A stretch of DNA of 64,000 bases from an uncultured Actinomycetes bacterium (GTDB lineage: Bacteria; Actinomycetota; UBA4738; HRBIN12). Below, piece by piece: positions 9,294 to 17,940 of this stretch. How positions within the stretch are numbered: the first letter of the stretch is position 1; each line of letters opens with the position of its first letter. Below the pieces are notes generated by a model that saw only the letters and a program-made list of their open reading frames with translations, did not search any database and was not told the origin of the DNA. Position numbers and translations under genes: made by a program. The DNA lies in the NCBI GenBank assembly GCA_963832225.1, contig CAWHTI010000012.1:623499-687498 (forward strand), read 5' to 3'.

Positions 9294-9794
9294 GTGAGCG
9301 AAGCACTCGGTCATGCGCTCGAGGAGATCTGGCTTCGCATCGAGCAGGGGATGCAGGAGGCCGAGCTGGAGCTCGCGGAGGAACGCGAACTCTGCGTCAG
9401 GCTGGAGGGCGAGATCCGCTCGATCCGCGCCGTCCTGGAGCGAACCGCACCCGAGGTGGACCTCCCCGTGACCCCGGCGGCCGTGGGCGCGCCGGAACCC
9501 GCGATCGTGCACGTGCCCGAACCCGCAGAGCCTCCGGTTGCTTCGACGGTCGTGGAGGTGCCGGATGAGCAGGCGCCGGAGTCTGCACCGGAGCCCGCGA
9601 CGGCGGAGGCCACACCCGGGGTGATCACGATCCCCCCGGTAGCGCCCGGGACGGACACCGAGGCCGACCCCGAGGGGGCCACTACGCCTCCCGACGCGGA
9701 GGGGGAGACCGCCCCTGACGAGGCCGACGGTGAGCGCGCGGGCTACATGCCGATGCTCGAAGAGCTCTGGGAGATCGCCCGTCGCGACGGCTGA
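9294..9794 (+). CDS. Coiled-coil / acidic Pro-rich hypothetical protein
   Basis: GTG start after GGGGAGGA. N-terminal IEQGMQEAELELAEERELCVRLEGEI resembles the 8965 product. Followed by a long P/E/A-rich linker and a short C-terminal helix MPMLEELWEIARRDG. Confidence 0.5.
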   Translation: MSEALGHALEEIWLRIEQGMQEAELELAEERELCVRLEGEIRSIRAVLERTAPEVDLPVTPAAVGAPEPAIVHVPEPAEPPVASTVVEVPDEQAPESAPEPATAEATPGVITIPPVAPGTDTEADPEGATTPPDAEGETAPDEADGERAGYMPMLEELWEIARRDG

Positions 9795-9811
9795 TCGCCG
9801 GCGTCCGCGCG

Positions 9812-9828
9812 AGCCCGCGCCGCGGGCT
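9812..9828. terminator. Short GC hairpin between convergent genes (possible bidirectional terminator)
   Basis: agcccgc-gcc-gcgggct, a 7-bp stem with a 3-nt loop, lying between stop 9794 and stop 9844. No U-tract. Confidence 0.25.
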
Positions 9829-9843
9829 ACCTGGGCGCCGGGC

Positions 9844-10281
9844 TCACGGCTCGAACTTCCACCGTTTGGGGTTGCGCACCTCGACCGCGATCGTGCCCCT
9901 CGCGCCCTTCAGGCTGCCGGTCCCGCCGGTGACCACGAGGCGTCCGTTGCCGAGCGTCGCGTCCTCGAGCGGCACCACACCCTGGGCGGTCAGCAGGGCC
10001 GGAGGCTCGCCCTCCTGTGACGGATCCGACTGGGCCTGGTCCTCCGCCTGCCGCAGCAGGACGAACGTGAACTGGCACATGGCTCGTCCGTGGTGGTCGA
10101 CGATCGCGGTGCCGTGCGCCCAGCCGGCCTCCTGGCCGCGATCGAAGTAGCCGTCGTCCTCGTACAGCCGCTGGTTGATCACCACGACGGTCCCCGGTTC
10201 GGCACCGGTCAGATCGTCGGGCCTCTGCTGTTCGTCGTCGCCGATGACGGTGAACGTCCTATCGGTTCCGAGCTCGATCAT
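9844..10281 (-). CDS. Hypothetical protein, dirigent / allene-oxide-cyclase-barrel-like
   Basis: Track ORF 9844..10416 trimmed to ATG 10281 (GGGAGG upstream). The C-terminal GRLVVTGGTGSLKGARGTIAVEV resembles the (V/I)TGGTGxxxGARG signature of dirigent/AOC-like barrels. This is a weak by-eye call. Confidence 0.5.
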   Translation of the reverse strand: MIELGTDRTFTVIGDDEQQRPDDLTGAEPGTVVVINQRLYEDDGYFDRGQEAGWAHGTAIVDHHGRAMCQFTFVLLRQAEDQAQSDPSQEGEPPALLTAQGVVPLEDATLGNGRLVVTGGTGSLKGARGTIAVEVRNPKRWKFEP

Positions 10282-10376
10282 CGTGCCGGCCTCCCTCGGT
10301 TCGGCGGTGCGGTCGAGCCTACTCCGGGTGTCCGGCCGGCGCGAAGCCGGGCCGTCGGGTGGCCTACACTCGCTCC

Positions 10377-13300
10377 ATGCCGGTCTGCCAGGCGTGCGGC
10401 GAAGAGAACCCGGCACGCGCCCGCTTCTGCATGGCGTGCGCGGAACCGCTGGCTCCCGCCCCCCGCCAGTCGGTCTCGGCGTCCGCCGGCTCGGAGACCC
10501 GCAAGACGCTCACCGTCCTGTTCTGCGACGTCGTCGGCTCGACGCCGCTCGGCGAGCAACTCGAGCCCGAGTCCGTGCGCAAGGTCATGACGAGCTTCTT
10601 CGACCGGATGCGTGATGTGCTCGAACGACACGGCGGGACGGTGGAGAAGTACATCGGCGACGCCGTGATGGCCGTGTTCGGCATCCCGACCCTGCACGAG
10701 GACGATGCGCTGCGGGCGGTGCGCGCGGCCTCGGAGATGCGCGCGGCGCTCGAGGGGCTGAACGCCGAGTTCGAACCGGGTTGGGGTGTCGCGCTGCGCA
10801 CGCGGATCGGGATCAACACCGGGGAGGTCGTGGTCGGGAACCGGCCGGATGCGTCGCTCGTGGTCGGCGACGCCGTGAACGTGGCCGCGCGGCTCGAGCA
10901 GACGGCGGCGCCGGGCGAGATCCTCCTGGGGCCGCAGACCTACGCGCTGGTGCGAGCGTCCGTCACCGTGGACGAGGGCCGCTCGATCGCGCTGAAGGGC
11001 AAGGCCGACCCGGTCACCGGGCATCGCCTCCTGGACGTCGCACCGGGTCCGGAGCGCGCCGAACGCATCAGTCCCCACTTCGTGGGCAGGAGCCGAGAGC
11101 TGGACGCGCTGCGCGAGGCGTTCGATCGCAGCTCCCGCGACCGGGAGTGCGTGCTGATGACGGTCCTGGGGACGGCCGGGATGGGGAAGTCCCGTCTGGC
11201 CGAGGAGTTCTCCTCGAGCGTCGGCGGCGAGGCGCGCGTGCTGCACGGCCGGTGCCTACCGTACGGCGACGGGATCACGTTCTGGCCCGTGACGGAGCTC
11301 GTGCGCGAGGCGTGCGGGATCGGCGGCGACGATCCGCGTGAGGAGGCGCGGTCGAAGATCGCGGCCGCGCTCGGCGAGGGGGAGGACGTCGAGCTGGTGG
11401 CCGAGGGGGTCGCGGCCGTCTCGGGCTTCGCGCCGACCTCGGCCGGGATGCAGGAGACGTTCTGGGCGATCCGGCGATTCCTGGAGATCCTGCAGCAGGA
11501 CGGGCCGCTCGTGGTGCTGCTCGACGACATCCAGTGGGCGGAGTCCACGTTCCTGGACCTCGTGGAGTACCTCGCGGGCTGGTGTCGCGAGGGACGCATC
11601 CTGCTCGTCTGCCTCGCGCGCCCCGAGCTGTTGGAGACGCGGCCGTCGTGGGCCGGCCTCGAGTCCGGCGCGGCGACCATGCACCTGGCGCCGTTCACGC
11701 AGGACGAGAGCCGGCTGCTGATCGGCAATCTGCTCGGCGCGTCACCGCTGGATCCGCGGGACGCCGGGCGGATCGTGGAGGCGGCGGAGGGAAACCCGCT
11801 GTTCGTCGAGGAGATGCTGCGGATGCTCGAGGACGACGGCGTGCTCGTGCGCTCCGACGACCGCTGGCGGGTGGCGGGCGACCTCTCGCAGGTGGCGGTG
11901 CCGGCGACCATCCAGGCCTTGCTGGCGGCGCGCCTCGACCGGCTCGGGCCGCAGGAGCGGGCGGTGCTGGGCACGGCCTCGGTCATCGGCAGGGAGTTCT
12001 GGTGGGGCGCGGTGAGCGAGCTGTCGCCCGAGGCACTCCGCCCCGCGGTCGGCGGACACCTCCAGACCCTGGTGCGGAAGGGATTGATCCTGCCCGAGCG
12101 CTCGACGCTCGTGGGCGAGGACGCCTTCCGCTTCCACCACATCCTGATCCAGGACGCGTCGTATCAGGGGTTGCCGAAGGAGCGACGCGCCGCCCTCCAC
12201 GAGCGGTTCGCCGACTGGATGGAGGCCCGGCTCGGCGAGCGCATGGTCGAGTACGAGGAGGTCGTGGGCTACCACCTCGAGCAGGCCCACCGGTACCGGG
12301 CGGAGCTGGGCGCTTCGGACGAGCGCGTGGGCGCGCGTGCGGCCGCGCACCTGGCCACGGCGGGACGCCGGGCGCTGGCCCGGGGCGACATCGCGGCAGC
12401 GGTGTCACTGCTGGAGCGTGCCGCGTCCCTGCTTTCGACGGGCGCGCCGGCGCGGGCGGCGCTGCTGCCTGATCTCAGCGAGGCGCTCATGGAGACCGGC
12501 GAGCTGGCGCGCGCGCACGAACTCCTGGCCGAGGCGATCGCGTCGGCGGAGGCGGACGGGGACGGGGGATTGCGCAGCCACGCCACGATCGTGCGGCTCT
12601 CCCTCATGGAGTCGACCGATCCGAAGGGCTGGTCGGAGGTGGCGCTCGCCGAGCTCGAGCGTGTGATCCCGGTCTTCGAGAGCATCGGCGATCACCTCGG
12701 GCTGGCCCGGGCGTGGCGGCTCACCGCGGACGTGCATTGGACGCGCTCGCGGTACGCCGCGGCCGACGGCGCGCTCGAGCGGGCGATCGAGCACGCCCGA
12801 CGCGCCGGGGCCGGCTGGGAGGAGGCCGAGTGCCTCGGGCAGTACACGGGCTCGGGCGTGTACGGCCCGGCGCCCGTCGACGAGGTCGTGGCACGGTGCG
12901 AGCGGATCCTGGGCGAGTCGAAGGGCAACCGGCTGGTGGAGGCGCAGACGCTGCGGTGCCTTGCCGCGATGCGGGCGATGCAGGGCCGGTTCGACGAGGC
13001 TCGCGAGCGGGTCGGCGAGGCCATGGGCATCCTGGCCGACCTGGGCATGTGGCTGCGCGCGGCGTTCGTCTCGGAGACCTCCGCCTTCGTGGAACGGCTC
13101 GCCGGCGACGCCGAGGCGTCCGAGCGGGAGCTTCGGGAGGGATTCGACGTCCTGGAGAAGCTCGGCGAGCGGGGATTCCTGTCGACCGCCGCCGCGCTCC
13201 TGTCGCACGAGATGCTCGACCAGCGTCGCGACGGGGATGCCGCGGCCTTCATCGTGGCGAGCGAGGGCGCCGTCGCCGAGGACGACATCGCGACCCAGAT

Positions 13301-13553
13301 CCTGCTGCAGAGCGCGCGCGGACGCGCGCTGGCGCTGGGCGGCGAGCTGGCGGAGGCCGAGGCCCGGTGCCGCGACGCGGTGCGCCTGGCGGAGGAGACC
13401 GACGACGTGAACATGCACGGCGACGTGCTGCTCCACCTCGCCGAGGTGCTGGAGACCGTCGGCGACCAGGCGGAGGCCGCCGCGTGCCGGGATCGCGCTC
13501 GCTCGCTCTACGGGGCGAAAGGCAACCTCGCCCAGGCGTCGTCGGTGCCGTGA
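10377..13553 (+). CDS. Zn-ribbon / class III adenylate-guanylate cyclase / AAA (STAND-type) ATPase / TPR protein
   Basis: Track ORF 10359..13553 (ATG 10377, alternative GTG 10359). CQACGEENPARARFCMACAEP zinc ribbon. Cyclase motifs LTVLFCDVVGSTPL and KYIGDAVMAVFG. Walker A GTAGMGKSRL. A long helical TPR-like C-terminus. Confidence 0.9.
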   Translation: MPVCQACGEENPARARFCMACAEPLAPAPRQSVSASAGSETRKTLTVLFCDVVGSTPLGEQLEPESVRKVMTSFFDRMRDVLERHGGTVEKYIGDAVMAVFGIPTLHEDDALRAVRAASEMRAALEGLNAEFEPGWGVALRTRIGINTGEVVVGNRPDASLVVGDAVNVAARLEQTAAPGEILLGPQTYALVRASVTVDEGRSIALKGKADPVTGHRLLDVAPGPERAERISPHFVGRSRELDALREAFDRSSRDRECVLMTVLGTAGMGKSRLAEEFSSSVGGEARVLHGRCLPYGDGITFWPVTELVREACGIGGDDPREEARSKIAAALGEGEDVELVAEGVAAVSGFAPTSAGMQETFWAIRRFLEILQQDGPLVVLLDDIQWAESTFLDLVEYLAGWCREGRILLVCLARPELLETRPSWAGLESGAATMHLAPFTQDESRLLIGNLLGASPLDPRDAGRIVEAAEGNPLFVEEMLRMLEDDGVLVRSDDRWRVAGDLSQVAVPATIQALLAARLDRLGPQERAVLGTASVIGREFWWGAVSELSPEALRPAVGGHLQTLVRKGLILPERSTLVGEDAFRFHHILIQDASYQGLPKERRAALHERFADWMEARLGERMVEYEEVVGYHLEQAHRYRAELGASDERVGARAAAHLATAGRRALARGDIAAAVSLLERAASLLSTGAPARAALLPDLSEALMETGELARAHELLAEAIASAEADGDGGLRSHATIVRLSLMESTDPKGWSEVALAELERVIPVFESIGDHLGLARAWRLTADVHWTRSRYAAADGALERAIEHARRAGAGWEEAECLGQYTGSGVYGPAPVDEVVARCERILGESKGNRLVEAQTLRCLAAMRAMQGRFDEARERVGEAMGILADLGMWLRAAFVSETSAFVERLAGDAEASERELREGFDVLEKLGERGFLSTAAALLSHEMLDQRRDGDAAAFIVASEGAVAEDDIATQILLQSARGRALALGGELAEAEARCRDAVRLAEETDDVNMHGDVLLHLAEVLETVGDQAEAAACRDRARSLYGAKGNLAQASSVP

Positions 13554-14326
13554 CGGCCGGCGAGATCGAGCGGGCGCTCGCGTTCGTCCGCGCCCTCCAG
13601 GAACGGACCAGCACACGGGTGGAGCCGTTCCGCTGGGGCCGGGCACTGTTCAACGACGACGTCCCGCAGCGGTACTACTCGAACCTCGTGCGGATCGAGA
13701 CGTCACTCGCCGGCGTCGACGTGGGGGAGCTCGCGCTCGAGGTCGACCGGGCGCTGGCAGGGTGCCCCCACCGCCAGATCCAGGTCGACGACGAGGATGA
13801 CGGGTCGAGGGTCGCGATGGGGCTCGCGACGTTCGGATACACGGCCGAGCACAGTGCCCTGCTCGCCCTCCGGCGTGATCCCGACCGGCCCGCCCCGGCG
13901 GATCCGGTCGAGGAGCTCACGTTCGAGCAGGCGCGACCGTTCGCGGTCGAGGTCTACCGCCGCGAGCTGTCGGACAGCGACCCGGCGACGGTGGAACGGT
14001 TCGCCGACTTCCGACGCGTGGTCCAGGTCGCCGCGAACGGCCGGTTCTTCGCCCGGCGCGTGGAGGGCCGGCTGGCCGGTCTCTGCGAGCTGTACCTGGT
14101 CGACGGCGTCGCCCAGATCGAGCACGTCGACACGCTGGCGGAGTTCCGCGGCCGGGGGATCGCTCGCAGCGTGATCTCGCGGGCGGTGGCCGAGGCGCGG
14201 GCCGGCGGCGCCGACCTCGTGCTGATCGAGGCCGACCTGGACGACTGGCCGAAGGAGCTCTACCGGCGGCTGGGCTTCGACGAGATCGCCCGGTCGTGGT
14301 CGTTCACGCGGGCTCCCGTAGGTTGA
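13550..14326 (+). CDS. GNAT family N-acetyltransferase (two-lobed, ~258 aa)
   Basis: GTG 13550 overlaps the upstream TGA (GTGA). The frame equals the tail of shadow ORF 12713..14326. The C-terminal half has IEHVDTLAEFRGRGIARSVI (Q/RxxGxG/A acetyl-CoA motif) and ELYRRLGF. Confidence 0.75.
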   Translation: MTAGEIERALAFVRALQERTSTRVEPFRWGRALFNDDVPQRYYSNLVRIETSLAGVDVGELALEVDRALAGCPHRQIQVDDEDDGSRVAMGLATFGYTAEHSALLALRRDPDRPAPADPVEELTFEQARPFAVEVYRRELSDSDPATVERFADFRRVVQVAANGRFFARRVEGRLAGLCELYLVDGVAQIEHVDTLAEFRGRGIARSVISRAVAEARAGGADLVLIEADLDDWPKELYRRLGFDEIARSWSFTRAPVG

Positions 14327-14378
14327 CGCCCCCGGGATGAGGCACACTGGGTCGCCGACCCGACCGCCACGCGAGCGC

Positions 14379-14438
14379 CAGAAGACCGACCAGAAGACCG
14401 ACCAGAAGACCGACCAGAAGACCGACCAGAAGACCGAG
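14379..14438 (+). repeat. 12-bp tandem repeat CAGAAGACCGAC x5, directly abutting the ribosome-binding site of the next gene
   Basis: Five head-to-tail copies read directly. The last copy ends in G and runs into GAGGAGGG, then ATG 14447. Confidence 0.9.
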
Positions 14439-14446
14439 GAGGGACC

Positions 14447-15970
14447 ATGAGCTCCAGGATCGTCACGACACCCCGCACGACGACCGGCTCGCGTGTGCTG
14501 GTGCTGTCGATCCTGCTCGTCTTCGCGCTCCTCGTCCCCGCGGGATCGGCGTCGTCCTCGCGGCGCGGCGCCGGACCCGGCGCCGCCGGCATCGGGGATC
14601 CGTACTACCCGCTGGCGGGCAACGGCGGTTACGAGGTCGGCCACTACGCGCTCGACATCGGCTACCACCCGCACACCGACCGCCTGAACGGCCAGACCTC
14701 GATCGAGGCCACCGCGACGCAGGCGCTCTCCCGGTTCAACCTGGATCTCGTGGGCCTGCGGATCTCCTCGATCATGGTGAACGACGCGGCCGCGACGTGG
14801 ACCCGTGAGCAGGAACACGAGCTGGTCGTCACGCCCGCGGTCGACATCGCGAACGGCGCGCCGTTCACGGTCGTCGTTCGCTACGCGGGGGTTCCGAGGA
14901 CGTTCTCGATCCCGGGCACCAGCCTGAGCACCGGCGTCGTGCGCACCGATGACGGCGCGGTGATCTGGGGCGAGCCCGAGGTCGCGGCCGCGTGGTTCCC
15001 GTCGAACGACCATCCGCAGGACAAGGCCACCTACGACATCGCCATCACGGCGCCGACGGGCCTGAAGGCGATCTCGAACGGGCGCTTCCTGGGCACCTCG
15101 GCCGGCGGACCCGACCGCACCACGTGGTCGTGGGACGTGACGAGCCCCATGGCGAGCTACCTGGCGATGGCCGCGATCGGCCGCTTCCACCTGCGCCGGA
15201 CCCACACCGCCGACGACATCCCGGTGCTCGACGCGTTGGACCCGCGGGTCGTCCCCGCCGCGGCGCGCTCGCTGCACGTGGAGGAGCGCATCGTCCGGTT
15301 CCTTCGTGGCAACTTCGGGCCCTATCCGTTCGACGCGCTCGGCGGCATCGTCGACCACGCCCGCCTGGGCGCGGCGCTCGAGAACCAGACGCGGCCGATC
15401 TACTCCGAGGGCTTCTTCGACGACGGCCCGAACACGTACGTCGTGGTCCACGAGCTCGCGCACCAATGGTTCGGCGACAGTGTGGCCGTCGATCGCTGGC
15501 AGCACATCTGGCTGAACGAGGGCTTCGCCACCTACTCGGAGTGGCTGTGGAACCAGGAGCGCGACCGTGCCGGACCCCGCGCGATCGCCGCCTACTTCTG
15601 CACGATCCCCGCGGGTTCGAGCTTCTGGGACGTGGCGCCGGGCGATCCCGGCGTCGACGACCTGTTCAGCGACGCCGTCTACGTCCGTGGCGCCATGACC
15701 CTGCAGGCGCTCCGCGAGGAGGTGGGCCCCGACGCGTTCTTCGAGATCCTCCGGACGTGGACCGACGAACGCAGGGACCTGACCGGGACGACGGACCAGT
15801 TCGTGGCGGTTGCCGAGACGGTCTCCGGGATCCAGCTCGACGAGCTCTTCGACGAATGGCTGTTCACGACATCCAGGCCCGCGTCCTGCGCCGCGGCGCG
15901 CGCGCCGGCCGCCGGGGAGATCCGGATGCCGATGTTCGCCGGCGGGCTCGGGCGCGTGGCCGGCTGGTAG
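14447..15970 (+). CDS. Secreted M1 family zinc aminopeptidase
   Basis: Track ORF with a signal peptide. HELAHQWFGD (HExxH) followed by WLNEGFATYSEW, which is the M1 gluzincin signature. Confidence 0.9.
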   Translation: MSSRIVTTPRTTTGSRVLVLSILLVFALLVPAGSASSSRRGAGPGAAGIGDPYYPLAGNGGYEVGHYALDIGYHPHTDRLNGQTSIEATATQALSRFNLDLVGLRISSIMVNDAAATWTREQEHELVVTPAVDIANGAPFTVVVRYAGVPRTFSIPGTSLSTGVVRTDDGAVIWGEPEVAAAWFPSNDHPQDKATYDIAITAPTGLKAISNGRFLGTSAGGPDRTTWSWDVTSPMASYLAMAAIGRFHLRRTHTADDIPVLDALDPRVVPAAARSLHVEERIVRFLRGNFGPYPFDALGGIVDHARLGAALENQTRPIYSEGFFDDGPNTYVVVHELAHQWFGDSVAVDRWQHIWLNEGFATYSEWLWNQERDRAGPRAIAAYFCTIPAGSSFWDVAPGDPGVDDLFSDAVYVRGAMTLQALREEVGPDAFFEILRTWTDERRDLTGTTDQFVAVAETVSGIQLDELFDEWLFTTSRPASCAAARAPAAGEIRMPMFAGGLGRVAGW

Positions 15971-15992
15971 ACGCCCGCCGGATCGTTGGGGC

Positions 15993-17717
15993 TCAGCCCG
16001 ACGCGTCGGGAGCCCGGACGCCCAGGAGCTCGAACGCCTCCTCCGCCTGCCGCTTGCCCTTGAGGGCGGTCGGGCCGAGGGAGCGGACCTCGAGGCCGAT
16101 CTCGCCGGCCGAGGACGCGGCGTCCCGGGTTCGCGCTCCGATGGTGATGTGACCCGGGGCGGACATCGCCTGGAGCCGGGCCGCCACGTTCGTGGTGTCG
16201 CCGATGACGGAGAACGACTGCTGGTGGCCGGCGCCGACGTTGCCGATCACGGCCGGCCCGGTGTTGACCCCCACGCGGAAGCGCGGCCACTCGCCGGCCT
16301 CGCTGCGGACGCGTTCGGATCCGTCGCGGATGGCGAGTGCGGCCCTGGCCGCCCGGGCGGCGTGATCCGGCTGGTCGCCCAGGGCGTTGAAGACGGCGAG
16401 CACGGCGTCCCCCGCGAAGCGTTCGATCAGGCCGCCCTCCCGCTCCACCACGATCGGGACCACGGCGCCCCAGTACGTGTTCAACATGTCCACGACCTCG
16501 TGCGCCGGGCGGCCCTCGGCGAAGGAGGTGAACCCCACCAGGTCGGCGAAGAGGACGGACACCTCCCGCTCGGTGCCGCCCAGATCCGCGAGGTCCGGCT
16601 GCTCGCCCAGTCGTTCCGCGAGCCTTGGGCCGACGTAGCGGCGCAGCAGGCCATCCATCCTCGCCAGCTCGCGGGCCGACGGCACCAGCATCGACAACTC
16701 GTCGCTCGTGAAGCCCTGTCGGCGAAGGTCCATCGTCGCGTCGTCCAGGCCACCCCGCGCGTGCGCCTGTGCGAGGTCGGCGAGCGCGCCCGACTGGCGC
16801 CGGTCCAGACGCTCCAGCGTGCGTTCGAGGTAGATGCCGCCGAACGTCCGCGACAGGGAGCGCTCGTGCCGGTACTCGGAGCGAGCCGCGAGCAGGACCA
16901 CGGCGAAGGCGATCGTCATCAACACGTGCCACTCCCACCACGACACGTGCCAGGCGCGGCTGAACGCGACCGCGATCAGCGCCTCGGCCAGCAGGACGAA
17001 CGCGGTGGCCACGGCGAGCGGGAGCGGGCGCTCCCGTGAGCGGTAGATCGCGAGGTATCGCCCCGCCGCGAAGACGTAGGCCGCGACCCCGAAGGGCAGG
17101 AGGGCCAGGAGCCAGGGTGCGCGCTCCGTCGTGAAGACCCGGTCGAGCGGGGGCAGGCCGCTCACGGACCAGACCGCCCACACCACCAGGACGGACACGA
17201 GCCCCCGTCGGATCGCCCGCTGCCGCCGTCGCAGTGCCGCCTCCCGGCGGTCGTCGATCTCCGTGGCGGAGACCGCGGCGAACGCGGCGGCCAGCAGGAG
17301 TCCCACCGGGGTCGCCAGGTTGAACCCGCCGTTGGGACCCGCCAGCACCACGCCGGGCGTGGCGAGCGCGTGCAGGGCCAGGAACCCGGCGCTCGCCAGC
17401 AGCACCATCGCCACCAGGAACGTCCGGACGTCGTCGCGTTGGCGCGCGGCCTCGCTGACGACGACCCCCAGGACGACGTTGACCACCGCCGCGCTCATCA
17501 CGAGCCAGAAGTGGGAGGGATCGTGCTCCCACAACAGATCGATCGAGGGGAATCCCAGGAGGAGGACGAGCCCGACCAGCGGGGCGGCGAGACAGACGAT
17601 GACCAGCGCGAATGGAGCTGCGGAGCGCTCACCCGAGGCCACGCGCCATTGTCGCCCGCCGGGCGGCCTCGGCTCAAACCCGCGCGCGTGCCCCAGATGC
17701 GGAGGGTGGGTAGTCAC
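15993..17717 (-). CDS. Integral-membrane class III adenylate/guanylate cyclase
   Basis: Track ORF (GTG start, so the start is uncertain). About 6-8 hydrophobic helices at the N-terminus. C-terminal cyclase domain with VSVLFADLVGFTSF and RFAGDAVLAVFN. Confidence 0.85.
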   Translation of the reverse strand: MTTHPPHLGHARGFEPRPPGGRQWRVASGERSAAPFALVIVCLAAPLVGLVLLLGFPSIDLLWEHDPSHFWLVMSAAVVNVVLGVVVSEAARQRDDVRTFLVAMVLLASAGFLALHALATPGVVLAGPNGGFNLATPVGLLLAAAFAAVSATEIDDRREAALRRRQRAIRRGLVSVLVVWAVWSVSGLPPLDRVFTTERAPWLLALLPFGVAAYVFAAGRYLAIYRSRERPLPLAVATAFVLLAEALIAVAFSRAWHVSWWEWHVLMTIAFAVVLLAARSEYRHERSLSRTFGGIYLERTLERLDRRQSGALADLAQAHARGGLDDATMDLRRQGFTSDELSMLVPSARELARMDGLLRRYVGPRLAERLGEQPDLADLGGTEREVSVLFADLVGFTSFAEGRPAHEVVDMLNTYWGAVVPIVVEREGGLIERFAGDAVLAVFNALGDQPDHAARAARAALAIRDGSERVRSEAGEWPRFRVGVNTGPAVIGNVGAGHQQSFSVIGDTTNVAARLQAMSAPGHITIGARTRDAASSAGEIGLEVRSLGPTALKGKRQAEEAFELLGVRAPDASG

Positions 17718-17777
17718 GGAGTGTCATCTTCGCTCCGCGGGGTGTGCCATCGGCCATCGCCGGCCGATACCACGCGC

Positions 17778-17939
17778 ATGACGTTCACCGAGGGGGAGCA
17801 GTGCCCGAGTTGCGGCGAAGAGAGCGCGTCGCTGCAGGGCCGCCTGGTCAACGGGCGCACGATCCGCGAGCTGCTGTGCATCGCGTGCCGCTACGTGTGG
17901 CCGGCCCCCGAGCGTCTCTCGCCCGCCTCCGAGGTCTGA
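17778..17939 (+). CDS. Small Cys4 zinc-ribbon protein (53 aa)
   Basis: ATG inside shadow ORF 17370..17939. CPSCG ... CIAC. Very high GC3. No clear SD. Divergent from the membrane cyclase. Confidence 0.5.
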   Translation: MTFTEGEQCPSCGEESASLQGRLVNGRTIRELLCIACRYVWPAPERLSPASEV

Positions 17940-17940
17940 G

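Noticed and set aside
14327-14446. Possible translation of the 12-bp repeat as (PEDR)5, in frame with both the GNAT stop and the aminopeptidase ATG
   Set aside because: There is no ATG/GTG/TTG in that frame between the TGA at 14324 and ATG 14447. A strong SD sits right before 14447, and the signal peptide starts at that ATG. Translation would require stop-codon read-through, for which I see no evidence.
12405-17532. Very long antisense ORFs (12405..13646, 13703..15505, 15679..17532) and similar ones elsewhere (32396..35065, 35578..37380, 38396..40279, 38578..40275, 41444..42943, 43199..44794, 46009..47373, 62347..63951)
   Set aside because: All are extremely Arg/Gly/Pro/Asp-rich. They lack signal or domain motifs and overlap opposite-strand or alternative-frame ORFs that have unmistakable family signatures.
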